Below are positions 33,262 to 41,448 of a stretch of DNA of 41,448 nt, piece by piece. The stretch is taken from UHGV virus genome UHGV-0135480. One strand, written 5' to 3'. Within the stretch, counting starts at the first letter, position 1; the number at the start of each line of letters is the position of its first letter. The position numbers and the translations under genes are program-made. The DNA comes from a virus. The notes under the pieces are model-generated. The model searched no databases, was not told where the DNA came from, and saw only the letters and a list, made by a program, of their open reading frames with translations.

Positions 33262-35961
33262 TCAATGTACTTCCAACCAGCTCTTACCAACCTTACCTGT
33301 GCCAGTTACAAGCGTCTCACTCTTCAAACCTAAATTCTTAGATGCCTGACCATACATCCAGTCAGTTATGGCTTTCACTTCTTGAGTCATACTTTCTGGA
33401 CATTCCCAACTGTTTTCATCGTGGTATGCCAGCAAAAGCCTCGCACCGATTGCTGGTTTTCGTCCATTTAATTTTGTCAAACCTTCTTCACACGCTCTTC
33501 TGCAAGCAAGGTTAATTGCCTCATTTTGAATCTGAGCCTCTGAACCCATGAGCAAATAATTCAACAACTTATGTGGAGATTTACACCACAACCAAGCTCC
33601 AGCAACCTTTACAAAACCACCTTTAGAGATTGCAGCAGTCTTACCAAATACCTCTTCAAGTGCCTTTTTAGTTGCTTTGTAGTCAGCTTCCAAATCATCC
33701 AGCAACTTCTTAATTTTAGGCAAACGGATAAAGTAAGTCTGCTTAGTCAGTGCACCTTCCTGAGTAGTTGCAGCTTTAATCGTCTTAGCAAACTTCTCAT
33801 CACCTGCACCAAACAAAAGTGCATAGATACCATTCTTAGCTTTCTTACGACCCTTGCTAATCTCATGGAGAAGGTTCTCATCCTGAGTAGCTCGACAAGT
33901 CAAGATATCCTGCTCATCATTCAAGCTAAAGTAAATACTGTTCAGTGTGTGTGCATCAGTCCCTGAATAGACAACGTACAGGTCATTCTCAGAGTCATAG
34001 CGAAGGTACTTATCAATCTCTGGGTTGAGGTACTCATCAAAGTGTTTGCAGTAATAGCGTCCATCTTCTTGACGAATAAACTCAATCTCTTCTTTACCTT
34101 GCGTTACCGCTTTGGTGAAGTCTTTATCACCCATAAAGTTACAAAGGAGAACTAGCTGGGCTGAGTTCATGTCTACAGAGACAACGTTAGTACCTTCTTC
34201 ACAAATCCACACTGCCCTCATTGGTTCCCCATAGACAGCAGCACCAGACGGTACGTTTACAATACCATATTGTGTCATACGTCCAGTTGAAGTACCAAAC
34301 ACCATTGCACCAGCACTAAGGCGACCATCAGGACGAATCTGGTTCAACCAACCTTTTTCATCATCCTTTGAGTTCTCAATAGTTCTGCGTCGGTGCATCA
34401 AAGTATAGTACTTAGCAATCTTCTGTCCAAGTTCACCTTCAATCGTATCATAAGATGACTCAGTAAGCTTTGGTGAAGTACGGATTAAGCAAGGCTCAAG
34501 CAAATCTGTGTATTTTTTCACAGACCAGTTATGCTCAATGTACTGGACACCTTCATGTTCAACATAGCTCAAACCACACCGCTCAACCATTTCCTGCCAC
34601 TTAGGATGTTTTGTAATCATCTTTTTATTGTCTTTGAAACGACAAACTTTAACAGGGCGACCATCTGAGTCTTTCTTGTAGTTCCAGTCATCTGGTATCC
34701 AACCAACTGATTTCAAGTAGTCTTTAACAACTGCTACCTGAGTCATACGAGAAACTTCAAACTCAATTGGTGTATACGGTGCATCAATCAATCCTGTGTA
34801 TCGACTTGACTCAAGTTCAAAGTGGTTAACAACGTGGCTGTTATAGTACTTCACAGTTTTGACTGTTTTTACTGACTTCCAGTCTTTGCATTTCTTACCA
34901 ATCTTTGCGTTCAACTCATTGCAAATTGCACGAGCATCCTTCATTGCTACAAAGCCTTCCTTGTACTCTTCACCAGTTACAGAGTTGGTTGGTGTATAGC
35001 AATTTCTCTTTTCAATGTTAAAAATCTTTGTAGTTGGCTTACCAAATGGTTTGATTTCATAAGTCTGCATCTCACCATTACGTACCTGCTGACGATACTT
35101 CGTCTTAGGGTACTTGGTAATTCTTTTCAGTCCATCTGCATGACCAAATGCTTCAACATACTCATTCCAAGCCTTTGCAAACTCTTCTCCAGTGACTTTA
35201 CCTTTGGTCTTAATAGTTGGAGGTAGATGTGGTTCAACCTCTGAAGCAAGCTCATTAGTCAACTTGTCAAGTTCCTTTACATGGAACTCCATAAGCTCTT
35301 TATCAGCTTTCCAGCCATTGATAGCTTGTTGACTCATCCAGAAAGATGTTTCTTTAGCTCGCATGTAGGTTTCATAAGTGTCTATGCCACACTTCTTAAG
35401 CTTGAGATATTCATTATCAAGTGCCCGTTTAGTTTTGGCGTTAATACGGATATCTTCTACAACACGAGTGAAGATTTCTGCATTCCACACACCCCAGTGT
35501 TCAATCTCTGGTTTACGAACACCAACACGAGCACCCCATGCAGCCAAACCATGAGCACCTTTATAACCCTTTGGAGTTGGTCTATCCATCCACTGAACAC
35601 GAGACTGGATAAGAGAATCCTGAAAGAAATTACTCCACGGTTTACACTTTGGATTATCAAAGTTCCATAAATCAGGTGCAATGTGATTGAAAACCCACCA
35701 GTCATAACCGAGACCATTATGGATGCAAAGACGTTTTGCCTTTAACGCAAACTCAATACCTTCACGTAAGCCACCCTTGATGTACTTGGTGTACTTGTGA
35801 CCGAGAATAGGTTCATCTGTAAAGACCCATACAGGTGGCTCTTCATCGTCAGATTTATAGTCTGCGAAAGCCATTACGTGCACTTTAGTGAACTCAAGGA
35901 GTAAACCATCAGTTTCTGTATCACCAACTAAATGTAAGTTTTTAAAATCTACGTTTTCCAT
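33262..35961 (-). CDS. DNA polymerase, family A, with N-terminal 3'-5' exonuclease domain
   Basis: About 899 aa; Exo I motif LVGDTETDGL near the N-terminus, polymerase-domain length and C-terminal His typical of Pol I/T7 gp5-type enzymes; ATG at 35961 has GAGGGA upstream (ORF-track ATG 35991 also possible). Confidence 0.9.
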   Translation of the reverse strand: MENVDFKNLHLVGDTETDGLLLEFTKVHVMAFADYKSDDEEPPVWVFTDEPILGHKYTKYIKGGLREGIEFALKAKRLCIHNGLGYDWWVFNHIAPDLWNFDNPKCKPWSNFFQDSLIQSRVQWMDRPTPKGYKGAHGLAAWGARVGVRKPEIEHWGVWNAEIFTRVVEDIRINAKTKRALDNEYLKLKKCGIDTYETYMRAKETSFWMSQQAINGWKADKELMEFHVKELDKLTNELASEVEPHLPPTIKTKGKVTGEEFAKAWNEYVEAFGHADGLKRITKYPKTKYRQQVRNGEMQTYEIKPFGKPTTKIFNIEKRNCYTPTNSVTGEEYKEGFVAMKDARAICNELNAKIGKKCKDWKSVKTVKTVKYYNSHVVNHFELESSRYTGLIDAPYTPIEFEVSRMTQVAVVKDYLKSVGWIPDDWNYKKDSDGRPVKVCRFKDNKKMITKHPKWQEMVERCGLSYVEHEGVQYIEHNWSVKKYTDLLEPCLIRTSPKLTESSYDTIEGELGQKIAKYYTLMHRRRTIENSKDDEKGWLNQIRPDGRLSAGAMVFGTSTGRMTQYGIVNVPSGAAVYGEPMRAVWICEEGTNVVSVDMNSAQLVLLCNFMGDKDFTKAVTQGKEEIEFIRQEDGRYYCKHFDEYLNPEIDKYLRYDSENDLYVVYSGTDAHTLNSIYFSLNDEQDILTCRATQDENLLHEISKGRKKAKNGIYALLFGAGDEKFAKTIKAATTQEGALTKQTYFIRLPKIKKLLDDLEADYKATKKALEEVFGKTAAISKGGFVKVAGAWLWCKSPHKLLNYLLMGSEAQIQNEAINLACRRACEEGLTKLNGRKPAIGARLLLAYHDENSWECPESMTQEVKAITDWMYGQASKNLGLKSETLVTGTGKVGKSWLEVH

Positions 35962-35991
35962 TTTTACTCCCTCTAAAATCATTAACCTCAT

Positions 35992-36219
35992 ACATTACTG
36001 CAAAAAATTATAAAAAGCAAGTTGACAATGCACTTGACAAGGTGTTAATCTTTGCGAAGTGGGTTTTTACTTAAAAGGTTACTTAACAGTTTAACTATAC
36101 AGATACTTTAAAACTCTTAAAAGATTATTTAATAGCTTTTTAAAAAGCTTTAAAGTATAACGTATAGAATACGTTAAGATAAAAGATTAAAACTTAATAG
36201 TTACTTAAAAGAGGCTTAC
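35992..36219. promoter_or_regulatory. AT-rich divergent intergenic region with tandem TTGACA hexamers and two palindromes
   Basis: TTGACA at 36022-36027 and 36034-36039; 16-bp perfect palindrome agctttttaaaaagct (36134-36149); 8-bp inverted repeat taacgtat-aga-atacgtta (36158-36176) overlapping TATAGAAT. Confidence 0.4.
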
Positions 36220-36642
36220 ATGCAGAAAATGTTTGTTCACCCAGACATAGCTGACTTTGTTAGAGCTTTGCAGAAGTTGGAAGAACTTGACATTGCTGCT
36301 CAACGGGAATATGCTCACCATCACAGGAGAATGGTTGATATACAACATGAAATAGAGTTGTCTGAAAACTATGAAGATGACTTAAAATGCTCTGTATTTG
36401 AGCATATGAAAGATGTTGCTACAGCGAGACGTAAAGCTAAAGACACAGTTGCTTTACTAGATTCTCTTAAAAAGAGGTTGCAAAGTGGTACAGACCTGTG
36501 TAATCTAGCGTCACTGATTAACGATGTTGAAACTTCTTGGGATAGGCACTATTATCCACGTTCTGAAAAGACACTTGACTTTTCTTCATCCGAAAACTTA
36601 AAATGTTCTAGAAAGAAACTTAACCAACTGAGAGAGAAATAA
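36220..36642 (+). CDS. hypothetical protein (140 aa)
   Basis: ATG with AAAAGAGG RBS; first gene of the + strand block divergent from the polymerase. No motif. Confidence 0.5.
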   Translation: MQKMFVHPDIADFVRALQKLEELDIAAQREYAHHHRRMVDIQHEIELSENYEDDLKCSVFEHMKDVATARRKAKDTVALLDSLKKRLQSGTDLCNLASLINDVETSWDRHYYPRSEKTLDFSSSENLKCSRKKLNQLREK

Positions 36643-36643
36643 T

Positions 36644-37444
36644 ATGAATATCGATGTAGAAAAGATGCTTGAAGAGAAAGGTGTTGATGAAGCATTCTTA
36701 ATCAATGCCGTAGAAAGCATGGCTATGATTCTTCGTGGTAATAACTACACAGAACAGTTTATGCCTGCAAGCTATAACTTGCCTGAAGACAAGTCTGATA
36801 ACGGTGCTTTTGCAGAACAGGTTAATATGATGTTGACAGACACTACACTTGCTCTGGCATCTATTGCGGTTGGTGTTGATGCACTTGCTGAGTTCATTTT
36901 TTATGAAATGCAAAAGAATGACTATATCAGGATGTCAGACGAAGATAAGGAACTGTTGCTGACTAAGGACACTGATTTCATTATTGATACGCTTATCTCA
37001 TCAACGAGTGCTGTTATGGCTGTTCTTGAGAAGCGTATGGAAGAGAAACTTTCACGATATGAAAAACTTGATTGGGGCGTAGAAGAATTAAACCCACGAA
37101 TCAAAGAGATTATCCAGCAAACTAAAGAGTCTTTGGAAGAAGCTGTTGAAAATGACTCTGTAGCTGATATAGAACCTCTTCAGGTGAAAGTTGCACTGAT
37201 GATTCCAGCTATCTCTACGATGATGAATATCGTTGCACTAATCCAACTGTCACAGATGATGGGTGTGAGTATTGAGTTCATTGAGGAAATGACTGGTGGC
37301 GTCAGTATGCAAGCAATCAATGATGTTTTGGTGAATATTGGTGCTTCAATCATTGAAGAGAAGCTACGCATTAACTTCGGTGATGATTTTGTGAAGCAAA
37401 TCTCAGCTATGGCTGAAAAAGAGTATGCTGAGCAACTGCACTAA
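36644..37444 (+). CDS. hypothetical strongly acidic protein (266 aa)
   Basis: High Asp/Glu content throughout; followed by a hairpin terminator. No motif. Confidence 0.5.
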   Translation: MNIDVEKMLEEKGVDEAFLINAVESMAMILRGNNYTEQFMPASYNLPEDKSDNGAFAEQVNMMLTDTTLALASIAVGVDALAEFIFYEMQKNDYIRMSDEDKELLLTKDTDFIIDTLISSTSAVMAVLEKRMEEKLSRYEKLDWGVEELNPRIKEIIQQTKESLEEAVENDSVADIEPLQVKVALMIPAISTMMNIVALIQLSQMMGVSIEFIEEMTGGVSMQAINDVLVNIGASIIEEKLRINFGDDFVKQISAMAEKEYAEQLH

Positions 37445-37462
37445 GTCTTTATAAATCTTACA

Positions 37463-37486
37463 AGCCTCCTTAGTTGGGGGCTTTTT
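37463..37486 (+). terminator. candidate rho-independent terminator
   Basis: 8-bp stem aagcctcc/gggggctt (one G-U pair), 5-nt loop, CTTTTT run. Confidence 0.45.
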
Positions 37487-37505
37487 AGTAATTAAGGGAG
37501 ATAAA

Positions 37506-38249
37506 ATGAGTAATATTATCGCATTTACTGGAAAGGCACGTTCTGGAAAAGACACCTCATGTTCTATTGTGAAGAACATCTTAGAGGATGAGTATGGCTA
37601 CAATGTTGCTGTAATGGCCTTTGCAGACAACCTTAAACTGTCTGCATCAAAGATATTTGACCTGACTTGGAATGACCTGTATGGTGAAACTAAAGAGACT
37701 CCACAGGTATTTGACTTATCATATCCTGAACTGATGTTTAAAGTTACGGAAGCTATGGAGTTCACCTTCAGAGATGAACGTTACCATATGGACTTCAAGC
37801 TTATGTCAGAGTTAACCGGACGATTAATCATGGAGCTTAAGAAGGTTGCTAAACCGACTCTATTGACACGTCTGGGGTTTAGTAAAAAGTATAAATTCTC
37901 ATCAAGACAAATTCAACAGGTTTGGGGTACTGAAGTTGTCCGTAAAGTAATGGGCGACAAGTTCTGGTCTAAAGACCTTGAAAAAAGAATGGTTAGATTC
38001 CATGAAATGTGCTCACTTAGAAATCAATATGGTTTTGTCTTAATCAGTGATTTAAGATTTGACTCTGAAGCTGAATGGCTGAGTAGATTTGCACACCAAA
38101 CTATTGAAGTAAAAAGAGACAATGTGGACAAAGTTTCATCACATGTTTCAGAAAATGGGATTTCTACAAAATATGAGCGTGACATTATTCATAATAATGG
38201 TACTCTTGCAGACCTTGAGAACAAGCTAAGAGCCATCATTAAAGTTTAA
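37506..38249 (+). CDS. deoxynucleoside monophosphate kinase (T4 gp1-like)
   Basis: N-terminal P-loop IIAFTGKARSGKDT closely resembles the T4 dNMP kinase N-terminus (recalled, not searched); 247 aa, AAGGGAG RBS. Confidence 0.6.
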   Translation: MSNIIAFTGKARSGKDTSCSIVKNILEDEYGYNVAVMAFADNLKLSASKIFDLTWNDLYGETKETPQVFDLSYPELMFKVTEAMEFTFRDERYHMDFKLMSELTGRLIMELKKVAKPTLLTRLGFSKKYKFSSRQIQQVWGTEVVRKVMGDKFWSKDLEKRMVRFHEMCSLRNQYGFVLISDLRFDSEAEWLSRFAHQTIEVKRDNVDKVSSHVSENGISTKYERDIIHNNGTLADLENKLRAIIKV

Positions 38250-38257
38250 AAGAGAGA

Positions 38258-38458
38258 ATGAAGATGAGAGTAAAAGACAATTTTAAAGTTATTGACCACC
38301 GTTTAGTGGAACTCTCATCTCTTTCCAATGAGGTAATGATTGAACGTCTTAAGAGAGTTGAATCACGAAGGAAAGAGATTGCAGATGAAATTCATGAACT
38401 GGACAAGATTGAAAATGGATTGAAGGCAGAACTACAACGAAGAGGTGCTAATGTCTAA
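38258..38458 (+). CDS. hypothetical small protein (66 aa)
   Basis: ATG at 38258; helical charged protein overlapping the primase-helicase start. Confidence 0.4.
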   Translation: MKMRVKDNFKVIDHRLVELSSLSNEVMIERLKRVESRRKEIADEIHELDKIENGLKAELQRRGANV

Positions 38459-40436
38459 AGGTCGTAAATTGAAAGAGGCTGGTCAGTTTATTGGTCATTG
38501 TGCATGTCCACGTTGTGGTTCATCAGATGCTGGTTCAATCTATCATCATGACGATGATTCTTATTCGATGACTTGCTTTAGTTGTAACAAAGGTTTCCCA
38601 GAGTGGGATTTTGATAAAGGACAAATCGTGAGCACTTATTCTACTGGTTCAGACAATAAAAACCGTACTTTCCGTGGAATGGATTTAGACGATGTAAAAG
38701 AAAACCTTGAAGCAATGGACTTGAAAGACAGGAAGATTCCTGCAAAAGTTCTTGAGCGTTTGGGTATTAAGGTTGACATTGACAGTGATGGTGAAATTGA
38801 CGCGCATTTCTACCCAACTTACAAACGCAATGAAGATGGCAAGCTAGAGCATGTTGGCTACCGTGTTCGTCACCGTTACCCAGAAGACCATCCAAAAGAG
38901 CACCTACGAGGTAAGTTAAAAGACTTTTCTGGTGGTGTTGGAGACATTAAAGGTGAACTGGCAATGTTCGGTTCATGGATTGCTCCAGAAGGTGGTAACC
39001 GTCTATTCATCTGGGAAGGTGAGATGGAATGTGCGACAGCAATCTATATGACTTCTCTTGCGATTAAGGACAAATCTCGTCGTAAGAATTACTGTCATGT
39101 GTCTGTTCCGTCAGGTGCAAACATCAAGTCTATCAAAGATAACTATCAGTACATCACATCATTTGATGAAATTTACTTGTGCTTTGATAACGATGAAGCA
39201 GGTGCTAAAGCTACCAAAGAGGCTGCTGGTATCTTACCTATTGAGAAGGTTCGTTTATTCCAGTATCCAGAAGGTGTAAAAGACCTTAACGAATGGTGGA
39301 CAAAGTTCTATAAAGAGAAAGACACAGTTCTGGAAGGATTTAAGCAGCGTATCTACAACGCACCTCGTTATTGCCCTGCTGGTATCAAGAACTTTGCAGA
39401 TGGTTTTGAGGCAATGAAGAATCGTGGTCAGATTCCATTGATTCCTTTCCCAGAATCTTTCGGGGATTTGAACAGACTGACTTACGGTGGTTATGGTTTG
39501 GGTGAGATTACAACTATTGCAGCACCATCTTCAGTAGGTAAGTCAGCTTACACTCGTGAGATGATTTACTCATCTTGGAAAGAAACTGATTATAATATCG
39601 GTGTAATTCCTGTAGAAGATACCTATGAAGAGTTGATGGAGATGCTCTGTGCAATCCACCTGAGCAAGCAGATTTCTGAGATTCCTTATGATGAACGGGA
39701 TTGGGATGAATTAAAAGGAGCACACGCAGAACTATCTAAAGGCCGTCGTATCCATATCGTTGACCATCAAGGGGCAATTGACCAAGATAACCTGCTAGAG
39801 TTTGTTGACTATCTTGTTAACAGTTTAGACTGTAAGATTATCATTCTTGACCCTATCACGTTAGCCCTGTCACGTTCTGATACGGATGAAGAAGAAGTTT
39901 TGTCTGAGCTATTGCGTCGTTGCAAACGCTACCAGTATGCGCAGGTAAACGTATGTCACGTTCGTAAGAGTGCAGGTGGTCAGAAAGCTAACTCTGAAGG
40001 TGGAGATATCTCTGAAGAGGATATCAAAGGTTCTGGTGCGTATTTTCAGATTTCTATGAATAACATTCTGTTAATGCGTAACAAGGTTGACCCAGACCCA
40101 GTTAAGAAAAACTTGACAAAAATCAAGTTAACTAAGTGTCGTCGTCACGGTAAGTCAACGGGTATTGCTGGTCATACTTGGTACAATCCAGATACAGGGC
40201 GTCTCATTAAAGCATCTGGTTGTGGAGTTGACATTGATGGTGCAGCAGAAAATATCCGTCAACAGTTTGGTATTGGTGAGGCTGAAGACCATTACGATGA
40301 CTCTTTGCCACATTATGAGGATGAAGTGTTTGACCGTGAGACTGGTGAAGTCTATACTGATGAGCAGCGTCAAAGCTCAACGATTCCACCTGTATTAAGT
40401 GAGGATGCAGATGACTGCCCGTTCGAAACTGAGTGA
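38451..40436 (+). CDS. bifunctional DNA primase-helicase (T7 gp4-like)
   Basis: N-terminal Cys4 zinc ribbon (CACPRCGSS ... CFSCNKG), central TOPRIM-like region, C-terminal Walker A (AAPSSVGKSAYT); ATG at 38451 preceded by AGGTGCTA (ORF-track GTG 38445). Confidence 0.85.
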   Translation: MSKGRKLKEAGQFIGHCACPRCGSSDAGSIYHHDDDSYSMTCFSCNKGFPEWDFDKGQIVSTYSTGSDNKNRTFRGMDLDDVKENLEAMDLKDRKIPAKVLERLGIKVDIDSDGEIDAHFYPTYKRNEDGKLEHVGYRVRHRYPEDHPKEHLRGKLKDFSGGVGDIKGELAMFGSWIAPEGGNRLFIWEGEMECATAIYMTSLAIKDKSRRKNYCHVSVPSGANIKSIKDNYQYITSFDEIYLCFDNDEAGAKATKEAAGILPIEKVRLFQYPEGVKDLNEWWTKFYKEKDTVLEGFKQRIYNAPRYCPAGIKNFADGFEAMKNRGQIPLIPFPESFGDLNRLTYGGYGLGEITTIAAPSSVGKSAYTREMIYSSWKETDYNIGVIPVEDTYEELMEMLCAIHLSKQISEIPYDERDWDELKGAHAELSKGRRIHIVDHQGAIDQDNLLEFVDYLVNSLDCKIIILDPITLALSRSDTDEEEVLSELLRRCKRYQYAQVNVCHVRKSAGGQKANSEGGDISEEDIKGSGAYFQISMNNILLMRNKVDPDPVKKNLTKIKLTKCRRHGKSTGIAGHTWYNPDTGRLIKASGCGVDIDGAAENIRQQFGIGEAEDHYDDSLPHYEDEVFDRETGEVYTDEQRQSSTIPPVLSEDADDCPFETE

Positions 40437-40446
40437 TAGCTATAAA

Positions 40447-40470
40447 AGAGAGGGGTTCATACCCTTCTTT
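40447..40470 (+). terminator. candidate terminator hairpin after the primase-helicase gene
   Basis: Imperfect 8-9 bp stem agagggg/accccttct with T-run partly inside the 3' arm; weaker than the others. Confidence 0.3.
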
Positions 40471-40505
40471 GAAGAAAAAGTTTAAATAAATTTCAGGAAG
40501 AGTGT

Positions 40506-40534
40506 TTGACAAAGGTTGATAGGTTCTATAGAAT
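40506..40534 (+). promoter_or_regulatory. sigma70 consensus-like promoter TTGACA-N17-TAGAAT
   Basis: -35 TTGACA 40506-40511, 17-bp spacer, -10 TAGAAT 40529-40534. Confidence 0.55.
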
Positions 40535-40687
40535 GCTCTACATGAAATGTGATGGTGGTGTTGAAGTAGAGAAAAAGTCCTATCACAATACTGTCACAGT
40601 CATCATCACTATACCTGAACATAATATTGGTTGGCTGTTTGTAATAAAAGAAAATGTGTTTGAATATCAAGTATATCGGAGAATATC

Positions 40688-40837
40688 ATGAAACACTCTA
40701 AAGCATTTGAAAAAGTTTTTGGGGATTCCTTAAAAGCCACTGCTGGAAAACCAGCAAAATACTATGAAGAGAAGCGTGTAAGAACTGGAAAAACTGCACG
40801 TAAAGCAGCTTCTAAAGATAAGCACAACTTCCAGTAA
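40688..40837 (+). CDS. hypothetical small basic protein (49 aa)
   Basis: ATG at 40688 with GGAG about 8 nt upstream; Lys/Arg-rich; overlaps (ATGA) the stop of a possible 49-aa upstream ORF starting at 40542. Below the ORF-track length cutoff. Confidence 0.3.
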   Translation: MKHSKAFEKVFGDSLKATAGKPAKYYEEKRVRTGKTARKAASKDKHNFQ

Positions 40838-40844
40838 TTAATGT

Positions 40845-40873
40845 TTGACAATAGAGTATCAACAAATTAGAAT
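40845..40873 (+). promoter_or_regulatory. sigma70 consensus-like promoter TTGACA-N17-TAGAAT upstream of the last gene
   Basis: -35 TTGACA 40845-40850, 17-bp spacer, -10 TAGAAT 40868-40873; ATG at 40910 follows with GAGG RBS. Confidence 0.55.
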
Positions 40874-40909
40874 TGGTACTCTTCATAAATTGAGATAGAG
40901 GTTTAAATA

Positions 40910-41448
40910 ATGTCTAAAGTTGTTAAAATGAAAGCTCCGGTAGAGAAGTACAACGGTACTGAACGTCAAACTCTGCGTTACCTTCTGAAAGATGTCTGGT
41001 TTTATTACCTGAACACTTCACCACGTCCGGGAAAAGGCAAGTCCATTGATAAGAAATTCCCAGGCAAAGACTGTAACTACAGCGTTTCAATTCTGGCAGA
41101 AGATGGTAACAAGCTGTTTAAAGAGTTTACTAAGTCTAAGAAAAACCCAGAAGGTTGGGATAAAGTTACCACTGAAGCAGTTGATGCAGATGACTTCGAA
41201 GAGAAGTTTGGTTGCAAACCACCATTTGAAGCAGACACTTACTACATCTTGAAAGTAAGTCGTGCAGCAGCTTATAAAGATGGTGCTGTATGGACAGCTA
41301 AACAGTCATTCCCTGTAATGCTGATTGAAGAAGTAAATGGTAAGCGTGTAGCTGTTAAGCAGCCGATGAAGAAAATCAAAGCTCAAGCATCTGACAAACA
41401 TGAAGATGATAAGAACTATGATGTAATTCATCCAGATATTGCAGTTGG
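40910..41448 (+). CDS. hypothetical protein, 3'-truncated by the window end (possible replication-associated protein)
   Basis: Open from ATG 40910 to the window edge (about 179 codons, no stop); preceded by a consensus promoter and RBS. Not in the ORF track because it has no stop. Function not recognisable. Confidence 0.5.
   Translation, partial: MSKVVKMKAPVEKYNGTERQTLRYLLKDVWFYYLNTSPRPGKGKSIDKKFPGKDCNYSVSILAEDGNKLFKEFTKSKKNPEGWDKVTTEAVDADDFEEKFGCKPPFEADTYYILKVSRAAAYKDGAVWTAKQSFPVMLIEEVNGKRVAVKQPMKKIKAQASDKHEDDKNYDVIHPDIAV

Noticed and set aside
35281-35717. ORFs at 35281..35670 (+) and 35457..35717 (-) within the DNA polymerase gene
   Set aside because: Both are internal to the polymerase coding region in other frames or antisense; no start signals.
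33262-35961. Intein or intron splitting the DNA polymerase
   Set aside because: A single uninterrupted ORF of about 900 codons runs from the exonuclease motif to the C-terminal His; the homing endonuclease is free-standing downstream.
40165-40512. Overlapping ORFs 40155..40373 (-), 40165..40398 (+) and 40207..40512 (-) at the 3' end of the primase-helicase gene
   Set aside because: All lie within or antisense to the helicase domain coding sequence and lack start signals.

Overview
This 41.4 kb window reads as part of a virulent tailed-phage genome with a contractile-tail (myovirus-like) layout, about 38-40% GC by eye. All calls are from reading the sequence and ORF track by eye; no database search was run. 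Layout: (1) 1-1042, a tRNA cluster (3' end of a truncated tRNA, a probable tRNA-Phe, tRNA-Ser GCU, tRNA-Cys GCA) with one Ser/Thr-rich ORF embedded; (2) 1265-24977 on the + strand, a late morphogenesis block: terminase large subunit, portal, S49-type prohead protease fused to a scaffold-like tail, lambda-E-like major capsid protein, connector proteins, putative sheath and tube, a chaperone pair with a candidate -1 frameshift site, tape measure, baseplate proteins, two tail-fibre genes sharing a His-x-His-rich C-terminal domain, and two small membrane proteins; (3) 25016-35961 on the - strand, convergent with the late block: thymidylate synthase, dihydrofolate reductase, small zinc-finger and unknown proteins, an HTH regulator, a secreted protein, DNA ligase, a lipoprotein, an HNH-AP2 homing endonuclease and a family A DNA polymerase; (4) 36220-41448 on the + strand, divergent from the polymerase: unknown proteins, a T4-gp1-like dNMP kinase, a T7-gp4-like primase-helicase and consensus-like TTGACA-N17-TAGAAT promoters. 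The gene content (tRNAs, thyA, DHFR, ligase, homing endonuclease, myovirus tail) resembles Felix-O1-like phages of enterobacteria, but that is inference only. Many ORF-track starts are TTG/GTG shown as M; where an in-frame ATG with a Shine-Dalgarno sits just downstream I give the ATG. The most unusual feature is non-coding: two intergenic regions (about 28.6-28.87 kb and 30.0-30.33 kb) carry four tracts with strict 5-nt periodicity, (ACYNN)n on the + strand, each paired with a conserved 33-bp box and hairpin. A 69-bp perfect direct repeat of box plus hairpin brackets a two-gene cassette of unknown function. I cannot assign a function to these elements; hypotheses and tests are given in the findings.
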